In this document: piece after piece, positions 48,583 to 60,352 of the stretch
How the letters are laid out: every line of letters starts with the position of its first letter
How positions within the stretch are numbered: position 1 is the first letter of the stretch
Source: Alphaproteobacteria bacterium
Lineage (GTDB): Bacteria > Pseudomonadota > Alphaproteobacteria > GCA-2731375
Reading direction: 5' to 3'
DNA: 64,000 nucleotides
Assembly (NCBI GenBank): GCA_965225945.1
Contig: CBDDBZ010000037.1
Coordinates: forward strand, 96,001 to 160,000
Translations under genes and position numbers: made by a program
Notes under the pieces: generated by a model
Seen by the model: only the letters and a program-made list of their open reading frames with translations
Database searches by the model: none
What the model was told of the DNA's origin: nothing

Positions 48583-49986
48583 ATGGCCAACGATTCCTTC
48601 GACGTCGCCGTGGTCGGCGGCGGCCCGGGCGGCTACGTCGCCGCCATCCGCGCGGCGCAACTGGGCCTGAAGGCCGCCGTCGTCGAGCGCGAACATCTGG
48701 GCGGCATTTGCCTCAACTGGGGCTGCATCCCGACCAAGGCGCTGCTCCGGAGCGCCGAGATCTATCACCTGATGAGCCGCGCCGACGAGTTCGGGCTCAC
48801 GGTCGAAAACCTCGGCTTCGACCTCGCCAAGATCATCGCGCGGAGCCGCAAGATCGCGAGCCAGCTCAACGCCGGGGTCAAGCATCTGCTGGCCAAGAAC
48901 AAGGTGGTGGTGATCGACGGCCACGCCCGCCTCGCCGGCCAGGGCCGCCTGGCGGTCGAGAAGGACGGCGAGGCCGTGGCCGAGATCCAGGCCGAGCATA
49001 TCGTCCTCGCCACCGGCGCCCGGGCGCGCGAGCTGCCGGGGCTGGAGGCCGACGGCAAGCTGGTTTGGACCTACAAGGAGGCGATGGTGCCGAAGGTGAT
49101 GCCCACTTCGCTTCTGGTCGTGGGTTCCGGCGCCATCGGTATCGAGTTCGCGAGCTTCTATCGCACGCTCGGCGCCGAGGTGACCGTGGTCGAGGTGCTG
49201 GAGCGCATCCTGCCGGTGGAGGACGAGGAGATCTCCACCTTCGCCCGCCAGGCCTTCGAGAAGCAGGGCATGAAGATCCACGTGGCGACCCGGGTGACGG
49301 AGCTCGCCAAGGCGCGTGGCAAGGTGACCGCGAGCCTCGATCTCGGCGGCGGCAAATCCGAGAAGCTCACCGTCGAGCGGGTGATCCTCGCCGTCGGCAT
49401 CGTCGGCAACGTCGAGGCTCTGGGCCTGGAAAACACCAAGGTGGAGGTCGAGCAGGACCATATCGTCACCGACGAATGGTCGGCTACGGGCGAGCCCGGG
49501 GTCCATGCCATCGGCGACGTCGCGGGGCCACCCTGGCTGGCCCACAAGGCCAGCCACGAGGGCGTGATCTGCGTCGAGCGGATCGCCGGCGTGGCGGGCC
49601 TCCATCCGCTCGACACCGCCAACATCGCGGGCTGCACCTATTGCCAACCGCAGGTGGCGAGCATCGGCATGAGCGAGGCGGCGGCCAAGGCCGCCGGCTA
49701 TGAGGTCAAGGTCGGCCGCTTCCCCTTCCTTGGCAACGGCAAGGCGATCGCGCTGGGCGAGGCGGAAGGCCTGGTCAAGACCGTGTTCGACGCCAACAGC
49801 GGCGAGCTGCTGGGCGCGCACATGGTGGGGGCCGAGGTGACGGAGCTGATTCAGGGCTACGGCGTGGCCCGAACGCTGGAAGCGACGGAGGCGGAATTGA
49901 TGCACGCCATCTTCCCGCACCCGACGCTTTCCGAGATGATGCACGAATCCGTGCTTGACGCCTACGGCCGGGCGATCCATTTCTAG
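48583..49986 (+). CDS. lpdA: dihydrolipoamide dehydrogenase E3
   Basis: [20 protein letters not shown]. Confidence 0.96.
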   Translation: MANDSFDVAVVGGGPGGYVAAIRAAQLGLKAAVVEREHLGGICLNWGCIPTKALLRSAEIYHLMSRADEFGLTVENLGFDLAKIIARSRKIASQLNAGVKHLLAKNKVVVIDGHARLAGQGRLAVEKDGEAVAEIQAEHIVLATGARARELPGLEADGKLVWTYKEAMVPKVMPTSLLVVGSGAIGIEFASFYRTLGAEVTVVEVLERILPVEDEEISTFARQAFEKQGMKIHVATRVTELAKARGKVTASLDLGGGKSEKLTVERVILAVGIVGNVEALGLENTKVEVEQDHIVTDEWSATGEPGVHAIGDVAGPPWLAHKASHEGVICVERIAGVAGLHPLDTANIAGCTYCQPQVASIGMSEAAAKAAGYEVKVGRFPFLGNGKAIALGEAEGLVKTVFDANSGELLGAHMVGAEVTELIQGYGVARTLEATEAELMHAIFPHPTLSEMMHESVLDAYGRAIHF

Positions 49987-50054
49987 TACGCTCGACCCAT
50001 CTTGCTATGCCTAGCCCGAACACGGCCCCGGAACCGCCGAGCAGCGACGAAAGC

Positions 50055-51008
50055 ATGACAGCCACCTTCGAGGACGGCGTGGCGGCGCGCCACCCGGAAA
50101 AGCGCCATCGGCCTGATAACCCGAGCCCGCGCAAGCCGCGCTGGATCCGGGTCAAGGCGCCGACCTCGCCGGTCTATGGCGAGACCCGGCGGATCGTGCG
50201 CGAGCATGGCCTGCATACCGTCTGCGAGGAGGCGGCCTGCCCCAATATCGGCGAGTGCTGGGCCAAGCGTCACGTCACCATGCTGATCATGGGCGACGTC
50301 TGTACCCGGGCCTGCACCTTCTGCAACGTCAAGACCGGCAAGCCCGGCCGCCTGGATGGCGCCGAGCCGGGGCGCGTCGGCGATGCGGTGGCCAAGCTCG
50401 GCCTCGCCCATGTCGTCGTCACCTCGGTCGATCGCGACGATCTGGCGGATGGCGGCGCCGGCCACTTCGCGGCGGTGATCGAAGCGATCCGCGCCGCCGC
50501 GCCGCGCACCACGATCGAGGTCTTGACGCCCGACTTCCTCGGCAAGCCCGGCGCGCTGGAAATCGTCGTCGAGGCGGCGCCCGACGTCTTCAACCACAAC
50601 CTCGAAACCGTGCCGAGGCTCTATCCGACGGTGCGCCCCGGCGCCCGCTACTTCGCCTCGCTGCAACTCCTGGCCGAGGCGAAGACGCTCGAGCCCTCGC
50701 TCTTTACCAAATCCGGCCTGATGGTCGGCCTCGGCGAGGGGCGCCTCGAGGTGCACCAGGTGATGGACGACCTACGTTCGGCCGAGGTCGATTTCCTGAC
50801 CATCGGCCAATACCTGCAGCCGACGCCGAAGCACCACGCGATCGACCGTTTCGTCGAGCCCGAGGCGTTCGAGGACTTCGCCCGTATGGCGCGCGGCAAG
50901 GGCTTCCACATGGTTTCCGCCTCGCCGCTGACGCGCTCCTCCTATCATGCCGATTCCGACTTCGCCGAGCTGCGTCGCCGGCGCGCGGCGAGCTCGAGGG
51001 CCAGCTAG
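50055..51008 (+). CDS. lipA: lipoyl synthase
   Basis: [24 protein letters not shown]; alternative start at 50007. Confidence 0.96.
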   Translation: MTATFEDGVAARHPEKRHRPDNPSPRKPRWIRVKAPTSPVYGETRRIVREHGLHTVCEEAACPNIGECWAKRHVTMLIMGDVCTRACTFCNVKTGKPGRLDGAEPGRVGDAVAKLGLAHVVVTSVDRDDLADGGAGHFAAVIEAIRAAAPRTTIEVLTPDFLGKPGALEIVVEAAPDVFNHNLETVPRLYPTVRPGARYFASLQLLAEAKTLEPSLFTKSGLMVGLGEGRLEVHQVMDDLRSAEVDFLTIGQYLQPTPKHHAIDRFVEPEAFEDFARMARGKGFHMVSASPLTRSSYHADSDFAELRRRRAASSRAS

Positions 51009-51014
51009 CGCGCC

Positions 51015-51491
51015 ATGCCGACGCACGCGGAAATCAGGACGCTGCCCTACCGGCCGGATCAACTGTTCGATCTCGTCGCCGATATCGAGAAATATCCCGA
51101 GTTCCTGCCCTGGTGCGTCGGCTGCCGCGTCACCTTGCGTGACGGCGACGTGATCTGGGGCGACGTGGTGGTCGGCTTCAAGCTGTTTCGCGAGACCTTT
51201 ACCTCGAAAGTGACGCTGGAACGGCCGGACCGCATCCACGTCGCCTATATCGACGGGCCTTTCCACTATCTCGACAATCACTGGGTCTTCATCCCGGCCG
51301 ACGAGGGGCGGGCCACGACGATCGACTTCTACGTCGATTTCGAGTTCCGCTCCCGCGCCCTCCAGCTCGTGGCACGGGTCGCCTTTACGGAGGCGGTCAA
51401 GCGCATGGTCCGGGCCTTCGAGCTGCGGGCGCGCGACGTCTACGGCGAAGCCCCGGCGCTCGACGCGACACCGGTGCCGGCGGGCGATTGA
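51015..51491 (+). CDS. ratA: RatA/PasT (Coq10) START-domain protein
   Basis: VADIEKYPEFLPWC, GPF, W.F. Confidence 0.9.
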   Translation: MPTHAEIRTLPYRPDQLFDLVADIEKYPEFLPWCVGCRVTLRDGDVIWGDVVVGFKLFRETFTSKVTLERPDRIHVAYIDGPFHYLDNHWVFIPADEGRATTIDFYVDFEFRSRALQLVARVAFTEAVKRMVRAFELRARDVYGEAPALDATPVPAGD

Positions 51492-51617
51492 GAGCGTCCG
51501 CCGCGCTGTCGACGATACCGGGCCGTGTTTTCCATGACATCGCACTCATTACGAGTTTATTTTTTTCCTTGCAGTAGGCAGATCATAACTAAATACTAAT
51601 ATAAAGGAGACGAGTCG

Positions 51618-51866
51618 ATGAACCGGCGGCTACGTCTTCTTGAGCGGATGCGGGCCAACCCGCGCGGCGACTGGACGATCCAGGATATACAGGCCGTCGC
51701 TCGCCGATTCGAAGACAAGGGCCTGCGGGTTCAGGCGCCAACGCGAGGCTCGCACTACAAGGTCTCCCATCCCGATGTCGAGGAAATCTTGACGATCCCC
51801 GCGACTCGGCCGTTGAAGCCCGTGTATATCCGGCGGTTCGTTGGTATGGTGGATAGTATCACTTAG
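51618..51866 (+). CDS. hicA: HicA-family toxin
   Basis: NPRGDW, RGSHY, LTIP, KPVYIRRF; AAGGAG RBS. Confidence 0.8.
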   Translation: MNRRLRLLERMRANPRGDWTIQDIQAVARRFEDKGLRVQAPTRGSHYKVSHPDVEEILTIPATRPLKPVYIRRFVGMVDSIT

Positions 51867-51931
51867 AACGAGCGCGGCATGAGGCTGGCGCCCAATTCAG
51901 ATACGTCCCGTCCGAGAAAGGGGACAGAAAC

Positions 51932-52279
51932 ATGGACTATCTCACGATCATCCGACCGCTTCCGCGCGAGGAAGGCGGCGGCTTCCTGGCCGAGCTCCCG
52001 GATCTGCCCGGCTGCATTTCGGACGGCGAGACCTATGAGGAGGCGATCGCCAACGTCCGAGACGCCGCGGAGGAATGGATCGCCACGGCCAAGGAGATGG
52101 GCCGGCCCATTCCCGAGCCCGGTGCCGCCGAAGGCTACAGCGGAAAATGGCTTCAACGTGTCCCCAAGTCGCTTCACATGCGCCTCGCCGCTCAGGCCAA
52201 GCGCGAGGGCGTGAGCTTGAACGCCTTGGCCACGGCCTTGCTGGCCGAGGGCCTGGGGAAACGGAACGCGGCGGCGTGA
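51932..52279 (+). CDS. hicB: HicB-family antitoxin
   Basis: PDLPGCISDGETYEEA, YSGK..RVPKSLH..L...A..EGVSLN. Confidence 0.9.
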   Translation: MDYLTIIRPLPREEGGGFLAELPDLPGCISDGETYEEAIANVRDAAEEWIATAKEMGRPIPEPGAAEGYSGKWLQRVPKSLHMRLAAQAKREGVSLNALATALLAEGLGKRNAAA

Positions 52280-52348
52280 GCCGCGCCGCCTTCGTGATCG
52301 AGCTCGAGTCCGGTGCCGGCGACTTCCTCGTCGACGCCCGAGCCTCGG

Positions 52349-53041
52349 CTACAAATCCAATTCCGCCAGCACGGCCAGCAGCGACAACAGGTTGTTGGTG
52401 GCGTGGGCGAGGATCGGGACCCAGAGATTCTCCATGTGCTCGTAAACGATGGCGAAGAACGTGAAGAGCACGAAGAGCGCCGGAATCGCGGCTGGGTCCA
52501 GGTGGATCGTCGCATGAAGCCCGCCGGCGATGGCGGCGCTCGCCAGGATCCCGAGGCGTGTCCGAAGCCAGCCGTAGAGTGCGCCGCGGAACAGGAGCTC
52601 CTCCCACAAGGGCGCCACGGCGACGCCGAACAGGATGAAGGCGGCGATCATCACCACGTCGCCCTCGGCGCCGGCGCGAAACAGCTCGACCAGCGGGTTT
52701 TGCGGAGGGCCCAATACCGAGTGGAAGATCAGCGTCAGGGCGATCGACAAGGCCACGCCGACCAGTGCCGTCGCCAGGGCGACGAGAATTTCCACCCGAC
52801 TGAGCCGGGCGAGCCCGAATAGATGATCGCCCCGGACCTCGAAGCGACGCATGTAGAGGTAAGTCCAGATCAGCAGCAGGAGCATCGGCGGCAGCAGCGC
52901 GATCAGGATGAACAGGCCACCGTCCGATTTGTCGATGCCGGCCGCGCGCGCGACCAGGTAGACGACGACCCCGCCGCCCATCTGCACGACCACGCCGCCG
53001 GCGAAGAGAATGGCGAGATTCCGGCCGGGAACCTGGAACAT
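52349..53041 (-). CDS. CPBP (CAAX/Abi) intramembrane metalloprotease
   Basis: EELLFRG and HATNN; several TM helices. Confidence 0.88.
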   Translation of the reverse strand: MFQVPGRNLAILFAGGVVVQMGGGVVVYLVARAAGIDKSDGGLFILIALLPPMLLLLIWTYLYMRRFEVRGDHLFGLARLSRVEILVALATALVGVALSIALTLIFHSVLGPPQNPLVELFRAGAEGDVVMIAAFILFGVAVAPLWEELLFRGALYGWLRTRLGILASAAIAGGLHATIHLDPAAIPALFVLFTFFAIVYEHMENLWVPILAHATNNLLSLLAVLAELDL

Positions 53042-53054
53042 GCGCGCCGCCGCC

Positions 53055-53552
53055 TCAGCCGTCGTTCATGGCGGCAAGCAGCATTTCCAGTGCGCTCACC
53101 ACCGTCGCTTCCCTGATGCCCCGGCGGCCGAGGTCGCCATAGCTCTCGCACCGATGCGCCTCGCCGCCGTCCTTACGCGCGAGCGCCAGATGCACCAGGC
53201 CGACCGGTTTCTCGGCCGTGCCGCCGCCAGGGCCCGCGATCCCCGTCACCGCGACCGCCAGGTCGGCTCGCGAGGCCCTGATCGCGCCGGCCGCCATCTG
53301 CCGCGCCGCCGCCTCGCTGACCGCGCCGACGGTGATCAGGGTCTTTTCGCGGACCCCGAGGACCTCTTGCTTGGCCGCGTTGGAATAGGTGACGAAGCCG
53401 CGATCGAGCACGTCCGACGCGCCGGCGATCGCACTCAGCGCGCCGGCGATCAGGCCGCCGGTGCAGGATTCCGCCGTCGCGATCGCGAGGCCCCTTGCCC
53501 GCGCGGCATCGAGCACGCGGCTCGCCAGCGCTTCGATCTCCGCACCGCTCAT
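53055..53552 (-). CDS. cinA: CinA C-terminal / NMN deamidase (PncC)
   Basis: AESCTGG, TYSNAAK, GAVS, TGIAGPGG, KPVG. Confidence 0.92.
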   Translation of the reverse strand: MSGAEIEALASRVLDAARARGLAIATAESCTGGLIAGALSAIAGASDVLDRGFVTYSNAAKQEVLGVREKTLITVGAVSEAAARQMAAGAIRASRADLAVAVTGIAGPGGGTAEKPVGLVHLALARKDGGEAHRCESYGDLGRRGIREATVVSALEMLLAAMNDG

Positions 53553-53556
53553 CGCC

Positions 53557-54042
53557 TCATTCCTCCAGAGCCAAGCGCAACAACAACACGCCGAGCCCCG
53601 AATAGACGGCGGCGAAGAGGTCGTCGACCATGGTGCCGAGGCCGCCCTTGATGTGTTCGTCGGCCCAGCGCGCCGGCCAGGGTTTGAAGATATCGGCCAG
53701 GCGAAACAGCACGAAGCCGGCCGCGAAGAGGCCTAGATCGAGGCCCGCCGGGATCAGCGTCAGCCACATGCCCGCCACCTCGTCGACCACGATATCGCCC
53801 GGATCCTCCCGGCCGAGCGCGGCGATGTAGACGTTGCCCGCCCACCAGCCGGCCAACGAGACGACGAGGGTGGCGCCCGCCAGCGCCCACGTCCCCCCGG
53901 CCCAGGTGATCGCCCAGGCCAAGGGGAGTGCGGCGAAGGAGCCCCAGGTGCCGGGCGCCGTCGGCATCAGGCCGGCACCGAACCAGGTGGCGATCAGGCA
54001 GGCCGGATGGCGAAAGGGAAGCGGGGGGGTCCGAAAGGCCAT
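53557..54042 (-). CDS. pgpA: phosphatidylglycerophosphatase A
   Basis: APGTWGS, DPGDIVVDE, FRLADIFKPWP, MVDD. Confidence 0.93.
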   Translation of the reverse strand: MAFRTPPLPFRHPACLIATWFGAGLMPTAPGTWGSFAALPLAWAITWAGGTWALAGATLVVSLAGWWAGNVYIAALGREDPGDIVVDEVAGMWLTLIPAGLDLGLFAAGFVLFRLADIFKPWPARWADEHIKGGLGTMVDDLFAAVYSGLGVLLLRLALEE

Positions 54043-54043
54043 C

Positions 54044-55234
54044 TCAGCCGGGCAAGCGTATGGTGGCGGTGGCCTGGGCGGCGATCCCCTCGCCTCGACC
54101 GAGAAAGCCGAGCTTCTCCGTCGTCGTCGCCTTGACGCTGACGCGACCCGGCTCGATCCCCAGGATCTCGGCGACGCGGGCGCGCATCGCTTCGCGGTGG
54201 GGGCCGACCTTCGGGCGTTCCAGGATCAGGGTCAGGTCGACATGCGCGATCTCGCCGCCCCGCTCGGCCACCAGAGCCCGGGCGTGAGCGAGAAAGCGGT
54301 CGGACGGCGCGTCGCGCCATCGCGCGTCGCTCGGCGAGAAATGCTGGCCGATATCGCCGGCGCCGATCGCGCCCAGGATCGCGTCGGTCAGCGCGTGCAG
54401 CCCGACGTCGGCGTCGGAATGGCCCAGCAGGCCCTGGTCGTGCGGCACGGCGACGCCGCACAGCATGACCGCCTCGCCGGCGGTGAAGCGGTGCACGTCG
54501 AAACCGTTGCCGACCCGGATATCGCCGAGGCTCGGTGCCGCCGAGGCTCGGGCGCGCATCATGTCCTCCGTGGTGGTGACCTTGAAGTTGCTCTCCGGCG
54601 CCGGCACCACGGCGACGGCCAGGCCCTCGGCCTCCGCCACCGCCGCGTCGTCGGTGAGCTCGCTGCCGGCCCGCGCGCGGTGGGCGGCGAGGATGTCGCC
54701 AAAGCGGAACCCTTGCGGCGTCTGCGTCCGCCAGAGTCCGTGGCGCGGAATCGTCTCGGCCACCATGGCGTCGGCGACCCGCTTGAGGCTGTCGGCGAGC
54801 GGGTGCGCCGGCACCGCGCCGGCGTGGTCGCGAAGCGCGGCGATGACGGCCGAGATGGTCTGGGCGGCGACGAAGGGCCGCGCCGCGTCGTGGATCAGCA
54901 CCTTGCCGGGCGCCGTCTCGACCAGGCTCTCGAGGCCGAGGCGGACGGAGTCCTGTCGCGTGGCGCCGCCGGCCACCGGGTCCAGGAGGTCGAGGCCGTC
55001 GAGCGTCGTGTCGTGCAGGGCGCGGTCGTCGGGGTGGATCACCACCCGGGTCGCGTGGACCTCGGGATGCGCGAGGAAGGCCATGACCGAACGCCTCAGC
55101 ATCGCCACGCCGGCAATGGCTTGGTACGGCTTCGCCGCCGCCCCGCCGAGCCGGGTCCCGCGTCCCGCCGCCATGACGAGCGCGATGGTCGCGCCGGAAC
55201 CCGTCTCCCTCTCGCCGTCGCTCGCTGTCGCCAC
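54044..55234 (-). CDS. ispDF: bifunctional IspD/IspF
   Basis: AAGRGTR, HDAARP, QTPQGF, GFDVH, GHSDADV, KATTTE. Confidence 0.95.
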   Translation of the reverse strand: MATASDGERETGSGATIALVMAAGRGTRLGGAAAKPYQAIAGVAMLRRSVMAFLAHPEVHATRVVIHPDDRALHDTTLDGLDLLDPVAGGATRQDSVRLGLESLVETAPGKVLIHDAARPFVAAQTISAVIAALRDHAGAVPAHPLADSLKRVADAMVAETIPRHGLWRTQTPQGFRFGDILAAHRARAGSELTDDAAVAEAEGLAVAVVPAPESNFKVTTTEDMMRARASAAPSLGDIRVGNGFDVHRFTAGEAVMLCGVAVPHDQGLLGHSDADVGLHALTDAILGAIGAGDIGQHFSPSDARWRDAPSDRFLAHARALVAERGGEIAHVDLTLILERPKVGPHREAMRARVAEILGIEPGRVSVKATTTEKLGFLGRGEGIAAQATATIRLPG

Positions 55235-55380
55235 GTCCGATCCTCAGGCTTGCGGTCGGTTCCGGTCGCGTACTTTACCGGTTTCCGGCCGGCGGGCCAG
55301 TTCGAGCGGGACGGCGGGGAATAAACCTGGCGCCCCCCTTGACTTGGCCTGGGGGGATCAGTACATCCCAGCGACGTTTC

Positions 55381-55458
55381 GGGGGTGTAGCTCAGACCGG
55401 TTAGAGCGCTGGCCTGTCACGCCAGAGGTCGCGGGTTCGAGTCCCGTCACTCCCGCCA
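55381..55458 (+). tRNA. tRNA-Asp(GTC)
   Basis: acceptor stem GGGGGTG/CACTCCC, anticodon loop CTGTCAC, GGTTCGA T-arm, encoded CCA; TTGACT -35 at 55339. Confidence 0.96.
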
Positions 55459-55726
55459 ATTCGCCTCCCATCAATTCGACGCCGTGCCGCGAGACGCTGG
55501 CCGAGGGCGCGACCTGAAGCCCTAGATCGCGTCGGTGTTCCCGGGCGTGTTCCCGCGCGGCGAAGGCGCCCACCGGACGGCCGGCAACCAGGGCCGATCC
55601 TGGGGCCGATCCTTGCGGGCCGAAGCATTACCGGCTATAGGAGGAACGCGTTTGCCCGAGGGCACATAGGCGGGCCGAACGGACCGTCGTCGCGCCCGCT
55701 CGCGGCGCCGGAGGGGAAGGAAAGGC

Positions 55727-56092
55727 ATGGCCGAACCGCTGAGGGAATACCTGCCGATCTTGATGTTCTTCGGCGTGGCCGTGGCCATGGCCATCGGCAT
55801 GGTGGTCGCCTCCCTGATCGTGGCGCGCCAGCACCCGGACGCCGAAAAACTCTCGCCTTACGAATGCGGTTTCGAGCCTTTCGGCGATGCGCGCCGCCAG
55901 TTCGACGTCCGCTTCTATCTGGTCGCCATCCTCTTCATCATCTTCGACCTCGAGGTCGCCTTTCTCTTCCCCTGGGCGGTCGCGTTTGGTGGCCTGGGCT
56001 GGTTCGGGTTCTGGTCGATGATGATTTTCCTCGCCATCCTCACCATCGGCTTCGTCTACGAATGGCGCAAGGGAGCGCTCGAATGGGAGTAA
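55727..56092 (+). CDS. nuoA: NADH-quinone oxidoreductase subunit A
   Basis: YECGF, FDLE, KGALEWE. Confidence 0.96.
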   Translation: MAEPLREYLPILMFFGVAVAMAIGMVVASLIVARQHPDAEKLSPYECGFEPFGDARRQFDVRFYLVAILFIIFDLEVAFLFPWAVAFGGLGWFGFWSMMIFLAILTIGFVYEWRKGALEWE

Positions 56093-56625
56093 CCGACAAC
56101 CCGCTCGACGTCCCCGCCGGCGCGGCCGATCAAGATGCCTTGTTCCGCGGCCTGCCCGACGAGTTGCACGACAAGGGCTTCGTCGTCGCCAATGTGGACA
56201 AGCTGGTCAACTGGGCGCGCACCGGCTCGCTCTGGCCGATGACGTTCGGCCTGGCCTGCTGCGCGGTGGAAATGATCCACGCCTACATGCCGCGCTACGA
56301 CCTCGACCGTTTCGGCGTGGTGCCGCGGGCGAGCCCGCGGCAATCGGACGTGATGATCGTCGCCGGCACGCTGACCAACAAGATGGCGCCGGCCCTGCGC
56401 AAGGTCTACGACCAGATGGCGGAGCCGCGCTACGTCATTTCGATGGGGAGCTGCGCCAACGGAGGTGGCTACTACCACTATTCTTACTCCGTCGTGCGGG
56501 GCTGCGACCGGATCGTGCCCGTGGACATCTACGTGCCGGGCTGTCCGCCGACGGCCGAGGCGCTGGTCTACGGCATTCTGCAATTGCAGAAAAAGATCCG
56601 CCGCACCGGCACCTTCCTCCGGTAG
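56083..56625 (+). CDS. nuoB: NADH-quinone oxidoreductase subunit B
   Basis: [24 protein letters not shown]. Confidence 0.96.
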   Translation: MGVTDNPLDVPAGAADQDALFRGLPDELHDKGFVVANVDKLVNWARTGSLWPMTFGLACCAVEMIHAYMPRYDLDRFGVVPRASPRQSDVMIVAGTLTNKMAPALRKVYDQMAEPRYVISMGSCANGGGYYHYSYSVVRGCDRIVPVDIYVPGCPPTAEALVYGILQLQKKIRRTGTFLR

Positions 56626-56649
56626 AGAGCGGAAGAGCGGCGTTTCCCC

Positions 56650-57267
56650 ATGGTGGTGGACGAACAGGCCCTGGAGGATCTCGGCGCGCATGTCGCCCGC
56701 GCGCTCGAGAACGAGGTGATCTCGACCGAGATCCGACTGGCCGAGCTGATGGTCATGGTCCATGGCGAACAGGTGGTGAAGGTTCTGACCTTCCTGCGCG
56801 ACGACGCGCTTTGCCAATTCAAGGTCCTGATCGATATCTGCGGCGTCGATTATCCCGAGCGCGAGGAGCGTTTCGAGGTCGTCTACAACCTGTTGAGTCT
56901 GCGTCACAATCAGCGCATCCGGGTCAAGGTGAAGGTCGACGAGGAGGGCGTGGTGCCGAGCGCCACCGGAGTCTTCAACGCCGCCAACTGGTTCGAGCGC
57001 GAGGCCTGGGACCTCTACGGCATCCTCTTCGCCGATCATCCCGACCTCAGGCGGCTGCTCACCGACTACGGCTTCGAGGGCCATCCGCTGCGCAAGGACT
57101 TCCCCCTCACCGGCTATGTCGAGATGCGCTATGACGACGAGCAGAAGCGGGTGGTTTACGAGCCGGTGAAGCTGACGCAGGAATTTCGCAGCTTCGACTT
57201 CATGAGCCCCTGGGAGGGCGCGAGCCAAATCCTTCCCGGCGACGAGAAGGCCGAGGAGCCATCCTGA
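56650..57267 (+). CDS. nuoC: NADH-quinone oxidoreductase subunit C
   Basis: [18 protein letters not shown]. Confidence 0.96.
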   Translation: MVVDEQALEDLGAHVARALENEVISTEIRLAELMVMVHGEQVVKVLTFLRDDALCQFKVLIDICGVDYPEREERFEVVYNLLSLRHNQRIRVKVKVDEEGVVPSATGVFNAANWFEREAWDLYGILFADHPDLRRLLTDYGFEGHPLRKDFPLTGYVEMRYDDEQKRVVYEPVKLTQEFRSFDFMSPWEGASQILPGDEKAEEPS

Positions 57268-58445
57268 TGGCCGAAGTCGAAATCAAGAACCTGACGATGA
57301 ACTTCGGGCCGCAACACCCTGCCGCGCATGGTGTTTTGCGCTTGGTGCTGGAGCTCGACGGGGAGGTGGTGGAACGCGCGGACCCGCATATCGGCTTGCT
57401 GCACCGCGGCACCGAGAAGCTGATCGAATACAAGACCTACCTGCAGGCCGTACCCTATTTCGACCGCCTCGACTATGTCGCGCCGATGAATCAGGAGCAC
57501 GCCTTCGCCCTCGCGGTCGAGAAGCTGCTGGGGATCGAGGTGCCGCCCCGGGGCCAGGCGATCCGGGTGCTGTTCTCGGAGATCTCGCGGCTGCTCAGCC
57601 ATATCCTCAACATCACCACGCAGGCGATGGACGTCGGCGCGATAACACCGACGCTGTGGGGCTTCGAGGAGCGCGAGCTGCTGATGGAGTTCTACGAGCG
57701 GGTCTCCGGCGCTCGCCTGCACGCGGCCTACTTCCGCCCGGGCGGCGTGCACCAGGACTTGCCCGCCGGCCTCGCCGAGGACATTTATCGCTATAGCGAG
57801 AGCTTCGAGAACTTCCTCACCGACGTCGAGGGATTGTTGACGGAGAACCGGATCTTCCGCCAGCGCAACGTCGACATCGGCGCGGTCTCGGCCGAGGACG
57901 CGATGGATTGGGGCTTCTCCGGGGTGATGCTGCGCGGCTGCGGCGTGCCGTGGGACCTGCGAAAATCCCAGCCCTATGATGGCTACGAGAGTTACGACTT
58001 CGACATCCCCGTGGGCAAGAACGGCGATTGCTTCGATCGCTACCTCTGCCGGATGGAGGAGATGCGGCAGTCCTGCCGGATCATCAGCCAAGCGATCGAC
58101 ACGATGCCCGACGGTCCCATAGCCACCGACGACCAAAAGATCGTGCCGCCGTCGAGGGCTGAGATGAAGCGCTCGATGGAGGCGCTGATCCACCACTTCA
58201 AGCTCTATACCGAGGGCTATCACGTGCCGGCGGGGGAGACCTATACGGCGGTGGAGGCGCCGAAGGGCGAGTTCGGCGTCTACCTCGTCTCCGACGGCGG
58301 CAACATGCCGTACCGCTGCAAGATCCGGGCGCCGGGCTATTCGCATCTCCAAGCGCTCGATTTTCTCTCGCGCGGTCATCTGTTGGCCGATGCCGTGGCC
58401 GTGATCGGCAGTCTCGACATCGTTTTCGGTGAGATCGACCGATGA
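57267..58445 (+). CDS. nuoD: NADH-quinone oxidoreductase subunit D
   Basis: [21 protein letters not shown]. Confidence 0.97.
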   Translation: MAEVEIKNLTMNFGPQHPAAHGVLRLVLELDGEVVERADPHIGLLHRGTEKLIEYKTYLQAVPYFDRLDYVAPMNQEHAFALAVEKLLGIEVPPRGQAIRVLFSEISRLLSHILNITTQAMDVGAITPTLWGFEERELLMEFYERVSGARLHAAYFRPGGVHQDLPAGLAEDIYRYSESFENFLTDVEGLLTENRIFRQRNVDIGAVSAEDAMDWGFSGVMLRGCGVPWDLRKSQPYDGYESYDFDIPVGKNGDCFDRYLCRMEEMRQSCRIISQAIDTMPDGPIATDDQKIVPPSRAEMKRSMEALIHHFKLYTEGYHVPAGETYTAVEAPKGEFGVYLVSDGGNMPYRCKIRAPGYSHLQALDFLSRGHLLADAVAVIGSLDIVFGEIDR

Positions 58446-59062
58446 CGGCGGCGGTGAGTGGCGGCGTGGAGCAGCCGAGCGAGTTCGCCTTCGGGGAAGA
58501 TTATCTGGCGCGGGCCAAGACGGTCATCGCGCGCTATCCGGCGGGCCGGCAGGCGAGCGCGGTCCTACCGCTCCTCGACCTCGCCCAGCGCCAGCACGGC
58601 GGTTGGCTTCCGCGCGCGGCGATGGATCACGTCGCGGACCTGCTGGAGATGCCCAGGATCCGGGTCTACGAGGTCGCCACCTTCTACACGATGTACAACC
58701 TGGCGCCGGTCGGCCGCCATCTGGTGCTGGTCTGCACCACCACGCCGTGCTGGCTCAGAGGCTCCGACGAGGTCGTGGCGGCCTGTCGGGGCAAGCTCGG
58801 CGTCGGCTTCGGCGAGACCACCGAGGACGGCATGTTTACGCTGCGGGAGGCCGAATGCCTCGGCGCCTGCGTCAATGCGCCGATGATCCAGATCGGCGAC
58901 GATTACTACGAGGATCTCGATGCCGCCAGCACCGAGGCAATCCTGGAATCGCTGGCCAAGGGCGAGACGCCGAAGACCGGCCCGCAGAACGGCCGGCACA
59001 GCTCCGAGCCCCTCGGCGGGGCGACGACGCTCGAGGCGTTCGTGGGCAGGCCCCAATGCTGA
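58442..59062 (+). CDS. nuoE: NADH-quinone oxidoreductase subunit E
   Basis: VATFY, CTTTPC, CLGAC. Confidence 0.96.
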   Translation: MTAAVSGGVEQPSEFAFGEDYLARAKTVIARYPAGRQASAVLPLLDLAQRQHGGWLPRAAMDHVADLLEMPRIRVYEVATFYTMYNLAPVGRHLVLVCTTTPCWLRGSDEVVAACRGKLGVGFGETTEDGMFTLREAECLGACVNAPMIQIGDDYYEDLDAASTEAILESLAKGETPKTGPQNGRHSSEPLGGATTLEAFVGRPQC

Positions 59063-60342
59063 GCGATTCCAACCGCATCTTCACCAATCTCTACGGCTTC
59101 CAGGACTGGGGCCTTAAGGGGGCCCAGGCGCGCGGCGATTGGGACGGCACCAAGGCACTGATGGAGACGGGTCACGACGCGATCGTCGACGAAGTGAAGG
59201 CCTCCGGCTTGCGGGGGCGGGGTGGCGCGGGCTTCCCGACGGGATTGAAGATGTCCTTCATGCCGAAGCAATCCGACGGCCGGCCGTCCTATCTCGTGGT
59301 CAACGCCGACGAGGGCGAGCCCGGAACCTGCAAGGACCGCGACATCATGCGCCACGACCCCCACAAGCTGGTCGAGGGCTGTCTGCTGGCCGGCTACGCC
59401 ATGCGCGCGGTCGCCACCTACATCTATATTCGCGGCGAATTCCATGCCGAAGGCAACAATCTCGAAGCCGCCATCCGGCAAGCCTACGAGGCCGGGCTGA
59501 TCGGCAAAGACGCCTGCGGCTCGGGCTACGACTTCGACATCTATCTCCATCGTGGCGCCGGGGCCTACATCTGCGGCGAGGAGACCGCGCTGATCGAGAG
59601 CCTGGAAGGCAAGAAGGGCCAACCCCGCCTGAAGCCGCCGTTTCCCGCCGGCGTCGGCGTGTGGGGCTGCCCGACGACGGTCAGCAACGTCGAGAGCATC
59701 GCCGTCATCCCGACGATCCTGCGGCGGGGTTCCGCCTGGTTCGCCGCTCTCGGGCGGGAGAACAACACCGGCACCAAGATCTTCTGCATCTCCGGCCATG
59801 TCGAACAGCCGTGCAACGTCGAGGAGGAGATGGCGATTCCCATGCGGGAGCTGATCGAGAAGCACGCCGGCGGGGTGCGCGGCGGCTGGGACAATCTGCA
59901 GGCGGTGATCCCGGGCGGCGCCTCGGTGCCGCTGCTGCCGAAGAGCATTTGCGACACCGTGCTGATGGATTTCGATTCCCTGGCCGAGGTCAAGTCGGGC
60001 CTCGGCACGGCGGCGGTCATCGTCATGGACAAGTCGACCGACGTGGTCCGCGCGATCGCCCGGCTCTCGAAGTTCTACATGCACGAATCCTGCGGTCAGT
60101 GCACGCCGTGCCGCGAGGGCACGGGCTGGATGTGGCGGGTCATGGAGCGTCTGGTCAGGGGCGAGGCCGAGGTGGCCGAGGTCGACATGTTGCTCGAGGT
60201 CACCTACCAGGTCGAGGGCCACACCATCTGTGCGCTCGGTGACGCCGCCGCGTGGCCGATCCAGGGTCTCATCCGTCATTTCCGGCCGGAGCTCGAGGGC
60301 CGCATTCTCGAGCGCAAGCAGGCCGCCGCCGCCGCCGACTGA
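59056..60342 (+). CDS. nuoF: NADH-quinone oxidoreductase subunit F
   Basis: [24 protein letters not shown]. Confidence 0.97.
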   Translation: MLSDSNRIFTNLYGFQDWGLKGAQARGDWDGTKALMETGHDAIVDEVKASGLRGRGGAGFPTGLKMSFMPKQSDGRPSYLVVNADEGEPGTCKDRDIMRHDPHKLVEGCLLAGYAMRAVATYIYIRGEFHAEGNNLEAAIRQAYEAGLIGKDACGSGYDFDIYLHRGAGAYICGEETALIESLEGKKGQPRLKPPFPAGVGVWGCPTTVSNVESIAVIPTILRRGSAWFAALGRENNTGTKIFCISGHVEQPCNVEEEMAIPMRELIEKHAGGVRGGWDNLQAVIPGGASVPLLPKSICDTVLMDFDSLAEVKSGLGTAAVIVMDKSTDVVRAIARLSKFYMHESCGQCTPCREGTGWMWRVMERLVRGEAEVAEVDMLLEVTYQVEGHTICALGDAAAWPIQGLIRHFRPELEGRILERKQAAAAAD

Positions 60343-60352
60343 GGTTTCGCCC

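Noticed and set aside
51015-51491. RatA as a third TA toxin
   Set aside because: Coq10-like ubiquinone-binding core gene; no ratB adjacent
55381-55500. tRNA-Asp as an integration site
   Set aside because: No duplicated tRNA 3' end or integrase seen in the window
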